Assembly (NCBI RefSeq): GCF_001886265.1
Contig: NZ_JXLE01000002.1
Span: forward strand, 1-24,000
DNA from: Enterococcus thailandicus
Lineage (GTDB): Bacteria; Bacillota; Bacilli; Lactobacillales; Enterococcaceae
DNA length: 24,000 bases
Direction of reading: 5' to 3'
Shown: positions 19,489 to 24,000 of the stretch, one piece after another
How positions within the stretch are numbered: position 1 is the stretch's first letter
How the letters are laid out: every line of letters begins with the position of its first letter
Position numbers and translations under genes: made by a program
The notes under the pieces: generated by a model
What the model was told of the DNA's origin: nothing
The model's database searches: none
The model's input: only the letters and a program-made list of their open reading frames with translations

Positions 19489-20280
19489 TTAGTGTGCGTA
19501 TAAGAAAGCAGATAAGAGATACAAAATAGCAATATGTGCAGGGTAGAAAATATAGAAGAAATACTTCATTCCTTTTCCTTTTTGACCGTTGTAGAGCAAA
19601 ATCGGAACGATTGCAAAAATCATCATCCATTGCGTAGAACCTAAGAAAAAGTAAATGGTTGCAACTACTACGATCATTAAACACTGGATTTGCCGATTAT
19701 TTCTAGCGAGATACAGTAAAGGAATCAGCAGTACCATGACATTGTTTTCTGCCAAAAGTAACGCTGGTAAAGTCGCAGTAATTGTTAAAAAAACAAATTG
19801 ATTTTGGATAATCATGGGGCTTTCCATTAATAGTGGTAATAAGAAAGAAAACAGGATTGGAAGAATAAATAGAATCGTCCCACCAAGCATTTTTTTCAAA
19901 TTAGTTGCATGTTTCCCTTCGACAAAAAGATCAATAGCGAACATCATCAGTGTACCTATAAAAAGATCTCTAAAAATATTGTTCATCAAAACAACTTGAT
20001 CATACCCCACAAGTTTTTCGAGAGTAAAGGTAAATAAGGTCATCAGAACCATCGACAGGTAGAGTCTTGACATATATTTTTTCTTGTTGTGCGTATGACT
20101 AAAGCCAATAACACTGACAAAAAAGAAAATTGTTGCGACAGGTCTACCAAACCAGTCTAGCCAGTTAGGTGCTCCAAATGGAACAAACATCTGATGGATA
20201 TGATCAATAAACATTAAGACAATGCCTAACATTTTTAAATCAAATGTTGATAGGCCTTTTTTGGGTGTATCAATCGTCAA
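19489..20280 (-). CDS. TraX-family integral membrane protein (263 aa)
   Basis: The N-terminal LKMLGIVLMFIDHI motif is typical of the TraX family, with about 8 hydrophobic helices. GGAGGA SD upstream at complement of 20289-20294. Confidence 0.6.
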   Translation of the reverse strand: MTIDTPKKGLSTFDLKMLGIVLMFIDHIHQMFVPFGAPNWLDWFGRPVATIFFFVSVIGFSHTHNKKKYMSRLYLSMVLMTLFTFTLEKLVGYDQVVLMNNIFRDLFIGTLMMFAIDLFVEGKHATNLKKMLGGTILFILPILFSFLLPLLMESPMIIQNQFVFLTITATLPALLLAENNVMVLLIPLLYLARNNRQIQCLMIVVVATIYFFLGSTQWMMIFAIVPILLYNGQKGKGMKYFFYIFYPAHIAILYLLSAFLYAH

Positions 20281-20572
20281 AAATAATTCCTCCTAACTAA
20301 TAATAACTATATGTTAACAATATGATTGATTGAAAGGCTAGTGAAATAATATAGAACGAGCGAACAATTTTGTCACAAGAGATTTTTTTGTTATCGATCA
20401 TATACTGGTCTTTATGAGGAAAGAGTTGGGTAGTTGGGGTAGTGAATTCATGGTATACTAATAAAAAAGATCCTTGAAATCTAAATAAATAGATACCAAT
20501 AGAAGCATCCAAACTGAAGCCTTGCTATGGGCAAATAGTGCGAGTACGGAACCTCAAAAATTTTGAGCCGAG
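20281..20572 (+). promoter_or_regulatory. putative CRISPR leader
   Basis: AT-rich 292 bp directly abutting the first repeat. Extended -10 element TGGTATACT at 20451-20459. The leader-repeat junction reads ...AATTTTGAGCCGAG|GTTTTAGAGC, and the CGAG ending resembles what I recall of S. pyogenes-class II-A leaders. Confidence 0.5.
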
Positions 20573-21267
20573 GTTTTAGAGCTATGCTGTTTTGAATGCT
20601 TCCAAAACTACGGAAGACTGGATTCGAACCAGAGATATGTTTTAGAGCTATGCTGTTTTGAATGCTTCCAAAACGCTTTTTAGTCGTCTAAATGAAAAGC
20701 TTACGTTTTAGAGCTATGCTGTTTTGAATGCTTCCAAAACTACGGAAGACTGGATTCGAACCAGAGATATGTTTTAGAGCTATGCTGTTTTGAATGCTTC
20801 CAAAACGCTTTTTAGTCGTCTAAATGAAAAGCTTACGTTTTAGAGCTATGCTGTTTTGAATGCTTCCAAAACTATTTGTCATTGAACTTCTCTTACGTTC
20901 CTGTTTTAGAGCTATGCTGTTTTGAATGCTTCCAAAACGGGAGGTTTTATCAAAACAAACTTCCTATTGTTTTAGAGCTATGCTGTTTTGAATGCTTCCA
21001 AAACATATATGTTTTTCCTACTGTGAATACATTTGTTTTAGAGCTATGCTGTTTTGAATGCTTCCAAAACTATCTTGTTTACATCTATTATAATAGCATG
21101 GTTTTAGAGCTATGCTGTTTTGAATGCTTCCAAAACCTTTCATTTTTCCGATAATGTCATTTGCTGTTTTAGAGCTATGCTGTTTTGAATGCTTCCAAAA
21201 CTTACAAGTTGAATGGTTGGCTAATTGGATTGTTTTAGAGCTATGCTGTTTTGAATGCTTCCAAAAC
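20573..21267 (+). CRISPR. type II-A-style CRISPR array, 11 identical 36-nt repeats and 10 spacers (8 unique)
   Basis: Repeat GTTTTAGAGCTATGCTGTTTTGAATGCTTCCAAAAC starts at 20573, 20639, 20705, 20771, 20837, 20903, 20969, 21035, 21101, 21166 and 21232. Spacers are 30 nt, with one of 29 nt. The repeat is nearly identical to the S. pyogenes II-A repeat GTTTTAGAGCTATGCTGTTTTGAATGGTCCCAAAAC. Confidence 0.97.
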
Positions 21268-21288
21268 AATAGAAAAGAAGGTTTTTCA

Positions 21289-21477
21289 ATGCTCTACCTG
21301 TGTATATTTAGGGTATACTCAAAATATACGATAATGTTCTATTTATTGATAATTATCTTCCTTAATTTTGAAATGGCAGAAATCGATATCAATGAGAGGA
21401 TAGATTTTTTCTTAATCCTAAAAAAATTGAACAACAATTTCCGGAGTTTTTTAAAATCTCTGAGTTGTACTATTTGA
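21289..21477 (+). CDS. possible small membrane ORF (62 aa) at the left edge of the array-embedded insert
   Basis: ATG preceded by GAAGG 8 nt upstream, with one hydrophobic helix (IMFYLLIIIFLNF). The region is very AT-rich and could be non-coding. Confidence 0.2.
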   Translation: MLYLCIFRVYSKYTIMFYLLIIIFLNFEMAEIDINERIDFFLILKKLNNNFRSFLKSLSCTI

Positions 21478-21922
21478 AGGGAAAAATATGTTGGATACTA
21501 GAGAGTATGAGCTAAAGCTGCAGCAGCCGTAGATTTTCCTTGTAAAAAGGTTATTAAAGGTTTAAAAAGAACGCTTGAAAGAAATTGGAATACCAGTTCC
21601 AGAAATATATCAAGATAAAATAAAAAAGATGTAGCCGAACAAATGCTTTGAAGAGGGTATAAATCCTGAAGATTATTAGGCTATAAGATTATATAGTTAA
21701 ATATTAAATGTTATTTTTTGTGAGTGTACATACTTAATAAACCTTGTTTTTTAGCGTGTTTAGGTATTGAAATTGAATTATCAATAAATTTTAAAAATGT
21801 TATCGTAATGACACCGATTTATAATTATCCCTTTTTCTAAATATCATGCATACATTTCCAAATTAGTTTATTATACTTTTTGTGAACGTTTACAAACTAA
21901 ATGAATGAATGGAGAATATCAA

Positions 21923-22531
21923 ATGAAAAACGATGTTGGTAATTATTCTAAAAGTGTCTATGCTTTATTTTTCGCAATTCTTTTATGTTTAGGTATATTT
22001 TCACCCACGGTATCAATAGTGGTGGCTGCAGATGAACTTACTGTACCTGAAGCAAGTTCAACAGAAGTGGTAAAAAATGCAAAATGGGTTGCATTAGAAC
22101 AAGAAATGGCTACACCACAATATCAAGTAGCTTCAAAAGCTAACCCTGAAGGCACTGCAAGATATATTCTTAATAAATATGAGGGAGCAGAAGCATTCGC
22201 TGCGGGATTAGGTCAACGTATACAAAATGGCGGTTGGAATGTATATTATAATTCAGCTTCGGGCAAGCAAACTGCTCGTACATCTTATAACGGTATGTAT
22301 GTTGCAGCAGCAGGAGCCGGTAGTCTATCTACCGTATTAGCAAAATTTAGTGCTTCTGGTGGTGCAGTAATTGTTGGAGCTGCAGCTCTTTTAGCAGGTA
22401 TAGCAATGGGTGCACTTAGCGTTTACTCGAAAGATTGCAGAGATAACATTGATAATCATGGAAATACTGGTACTGCACGGATTACACTTACTGAATCAAG
22501 ATGGTCTTCACAATATGATCATCGTTGGTAA
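21923..22531 (+). CDS. secreted/membrane-active protein with Sec signal peptide and Gly/Ala-zipper hydrophobic region (202 aa); candidate toxin or bacteriocin-like protein
   Basis: GGAGA SD at 21911-21915, 7 nt before the ATG. Signal peptide MKNDVGNYSKSVYALFFAILLCLGIFSPTVSIVVA|ADE. The mature part has a hydrophobic GxxxG/AxxxA-rich stretch, GMYVAAAGAGSLSTVLAKFSASGGAVIVGAAALLAGIAMGALSVY. No family recognised. Confidence 0.7.
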   Translation: MKNDVGNYSKSVYALFFAILLCLGIFSPTVSIVVAADELTVPEASSTEVVKNAKWVALEQEMATPQYQVASKANPEGTARYILNKYEGAEAFAAGLGQRIQNGGWNVYYNSASGKQTARTSYNGMYVAAAGAGSLSTVLAKFSASGGAVIVGAAALLAGIAMGALSVYSKDCRDNIDNHGNTGTARITLTESRWSSQYDHRW

Positions 22532-22550
22532 ATTGATAATTTAAACTGGA

Positions 22551-22607
22551 AAACAATCTCTGTCTTCATTTATTGTTGCAATAAATAGAATAACAGAGGT
22601 TGTTTTT
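22551..22607 (+). terminator. structured terminator/attenuator between the two cassette genes
   Basis: A 13-bp outer stem AAACAATCTCTGT / ACAGAGGTTGTTT (one G-U pair) encloses an inner 8-bp hairpin ATTTATTG-ttg-CAATAAAT. It ends in a T-run, and TATAAT follows at 22610-22615. Confidence 0.45.
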
Positions 22608-22628
22608 AATATAATGAGGAGGTGGGCG

Positions 22629-22886
22629 ATGAAATCTTTGGGTTTTATTAGACTTTTTCAATTTTTTCTTTTAATTGCAAGTCTTTTTTTTGCTATGAAA
22701 CACAATTTATTGTTAGCTTTGTTTATCTGGGCGCTATCTGGTGGGTTAAGTTTCACTGTCCCCCAAAAATATCGTTTCCCTTTTTGGTCACCTTATAAAG
22801 GCCTATTATTTCCAGTATGGATTGAAAATATTATGGATTTAGTCATAACAATAGGCGTGCTATTATTGGTAATATTTTTTTCATGA
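22629..22886 (+). CDS. small polytopic membrane protein (85 aa, about 3 TM helices); candidate immunity/partner protein
   Basis: GAGGAGG SD at 22616-22622, 6 nt before the ATG. Three hydrophobic segments. The stop at 22884-22886 lies 3 nt before the degenerate CRISPR repeat. Confidence 0.6.
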   Translation: MKSLGFIRLFQFFLLIASLFFAMKHNLLLALFIWALSGGLSFTVPQKYRFPFWSPYKGLLFPVWIENIMDLVITIGVLLLVIFFS

Positions 22887-22889
22887 TTT

Positions 22890-22925
22890 GTTTTAGTGCT
22901 ATGCTGTTTTGAATGCTTCCCAAAT
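22890..22925 (+). CRISPR. degenerate (terminal-type) CRISPR repeat displaced 1,622 bp from the array
   Basis: GTTTTAGTGCTATGCTGTTTTGAATGCTTCCCAAAT matches the array repeat at 33 of 36 positions, with mismatches at positions 8, 32 and 36. It has the same orientation as the array. Confidence 0.9.
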
Positions 22926-23043
22926 AATAATAGCTGTGTTTATCAATGGTACCCAACTGAGCCATTTGAAGGAAACGAGTTTGCAGTAATTATCCAATAT
23001 TCGTCAGAAAAGTATCAACTGATTTTTTGATACCAATTTCAAC

Positions 23044-23075
23044 AAAAAACCACCAACTAGTTGGTGGTTTTTTTG
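23044..23075. terminator. bidirectional rho-independent terminator
   Basis: Perfect palindrome ACCACCAACT/AGTTGGTGGT flanked by an A6 run and a T7 run. It lies downstream of both the degenerate repeat (plus strand) and the ABC transporter gene (minus strand). Confidence 0.85.
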
Positions 23076-23234
23076 TTGGGTAAATATTTGGGAATAACTA
23101 ACATGAGAAGATATCATACGAATAAATTGAATTGGAAGATAGGGATAATTTATTCGTACAATATTATTATAACGTATTAAAAACGCTTTTATAATTTGTT
23201 TTTGCTATAGCTATTATTATCTTTTTTACTTAAA

Positions 23235-24000
23235 TCAAGTTGCCTGAAATTGGCTATTGTAAAGTGAACGATAGAGTGTTGGACGTTTCAACAGTTGCTT
23301 ATGCGTTCCTTTTTCAATGATGTCGCCCTTATCCATCACTAAAATCAAATCAGCATTTTCGATGGTGGAAAGGCGGTGAGCAATGACGAAACTTGTCCGA
23401 TTTTGGGTCAACGAGTTCATTGCTTCTTGAATTTGTAATTCTGTGCGAGTATCCACACTAGAAGTTGCTTCATCCAAAATAACCACTGGTGGATTTGCCA
23501 AAATGACACGAGCAATGGTCAACAATTGTTGCTGCCCTTGTGAGAGGCCCCCACCATTATCACTTGTGACGATGGAATCATAGCCATTAGGAAGCGTCAG
23601 GATAAAGTGATGACACTGAGCGATTTTAGCTGCTTGGATAATTTCTTCTCGTGTTGCATCCATTTTTCCATATGCGATATTTTCAGCAATCGTACCTTCA
23701 AATAACCAAGTATTTTGTAGGACCATTCCAAATAGGGAGCGAAGATTTTCTCTTGGAAGATCAGTGGTTGGAATGCCATCGAATTCGATTTGGCCAGATT
23801 CGATGTCGTAAAATCGCATAAGTAGATTGACTAGCGTTGTTTTGCCTGCGCCGGTTGGTCCAACAATGGCAATCTTTTGGTTTGCTTTCGCATCAAAGTC
23901 AACTTTTTTCATCAATGTTTTGTCGGGGGAGTAGCCAAAGCGAACATCCTTGAATCGGATATTTCCAGCAGGATGTTGAATGGTTGTTCGACTTGTATCT
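23235..24000 (-). CDS. ABC exporter, fused permease/ATPase type (MDR-like); 3' part only, continues beyond the window
   Basis: Walker A GPTGAGKTT, ABC signature LSQGQQQ, Walker B VVILDEATS, and the H-loop AHR. The frame stays open upstream of the track's Met to position 24000 (...IQHPAGNIRFKDVRFGYSPDKTLM...). Confidence 0.9.
   Translation of the reverse strand, partial: DTSRTTIQHPAGNIRFKDVRFGYSPDKTLMKKVDFDAKANQKIAIVGPTGAGKTTLVNLLMRFYDIESGQIEFDGIPTTDLPRENLRSLFGMVLQNTWLFEGTIAENIAYGKMDATREEIIQAAKIAQCHHFILTLPNGYDSIVTSDNGGGLSQGQQQLLTIARVILANPPVVILDEATSSVDTRTELQIQEAMNSLTQNRTSFVIAHRLSTIENADLILVMDKGDIIEKGTHKQLLKRPTLYRSLYNSQFQAT

Noticed and set aside
19442-19999. ORFs 19442-19684 (minus strand) and 19814-19999 (plus strand) overlapping the TraX-family gene.
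   Set aside because: These are alternative-frame or antisense ORFs within a membrane-protein gene. The first also runs through the terminator.
20297-20512. A 71-aa minus-strand ORF in the CRISPR leader.
   Set aside because: No SD, AT-rich low-complexity translation, and it lies within the leader and promoter region.
21298-21333. Possible extra, highly degenerate repeat one spacer-length after R11 (TTTAGGGTATACT resembles TTTAGAGCTATGCT).
   Set aside because: In register it matches the consensus poorly. The partial match is offset by about 7 nt and limited to about 9 of 15 bases in AT-rich sequence.
20876-21477. Three ORFs from the track (20876-21154 plus strand, 21018-21269 minus strand, 21124-21477 plus strand) with the recurring peptide VLELCCFECFQN.
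   Set aside because: These are translations straight across the CRISPR repeats. The periodic identical peptide is simply the 36-nt repeat read in frame. Only the non-repeat tail (21289-21477) is kept, as a low-confidence ORF.
22890-22925. The degenerate repeat read on the minus strand as a possible tracrRNA anti-repeat (GGGAAGCATTCAAAACAGCATAGCACTAAAAC).
   Set aside because: The minus-strand sequence downstream of it lacks a nexus (AAGGCTAGTCCG-like), hairpins and a T-run terminator, and it is antisense to a coding region. Mismatches concentrated at the 3' end fit a decayed terminal repeat better.
22926-23075. Possible tracrRNA-like 3' scaffold on the plus strand (GTATCAACTGATTTTTTGATAC hairpin plus the ACCACCAACTAGTTGGTGGT terminator; TATCAACT also occurs in the S. 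pyogenes tracrRNA).
   Set aside because: No anti-repeat complementary to the repeat precedes these hairpins. The strong palindromic hairpin is adequately explained as a bidirectional terminator shared with the ABC transporter gene.

Overview
This looks like a chromosomal segment from a low-GC Gram-positive bacterium, probably Lactobacillales and Enterococcus-like. That placement rests on gene content, GGAGG-type ribosome-binding (SD) sites and a type II-A CRISPR repeat. Contents from left to right: (1) A small ORF followed by a PTS EIIBCA permease of the glucose/beta-glucoside family. It is convergent with an Mga-like regulator and a MepB-like gene. (2) A nine-gene plus-strand cluster equivalent to the uncharacterised E. 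coli php-yhfSTUWXYZ cluster (yhfU, yhfT, php, yhfS, yhfZ, yhfY, yhfX, yhfW), with an appended amidase-signature-like gene. (3) A minus-strand MDR-family oxidoreductase and a VOC/glyoxalase-fold gene. (4) A zinc-starvation operon preceded by a near-consensus Zur box. It encodes cysteine-less paralogs of ribosomal proteins S14, L32 and L33, an unknown acidic protein, a COG0523 GTPase, an unlisted 39-aa basic ORF, and an AdcA-type ZnuA-ZinT lipoprotein. (5) A minus-strand TraX-family membrane protein. (6) A type II-A-style CRISPR array of 11 identical 36-nt repeats with no cas genes or tracrRNA anywhere in the window. (7) The 3' part of an ABC exporter gene running off the right edge. The most unusual observation concerns the array. 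A degenerate terminal repeat matching the consensus at 33 of 36 positions lies 1,622 bp beyond the last perfect repeat. The intervening AT-rich DNA therefore sits exactly in a spacer position. It carries a same-strand gene pair: a Sec-signal protein with a Gly/Ala-zipper hydrophobic region, and a small polytopic membrane protein. This pair is a candidate toxin/immunity module or other accessory module. Other points: the two leader-proximal spacers are tandemly duplicated, one of them looks like the 3' end of a tRNA, and the leader contains a short anti-repeat-like segment. All functional calls rest on motifs and gene context read by eye. No database search was possible.
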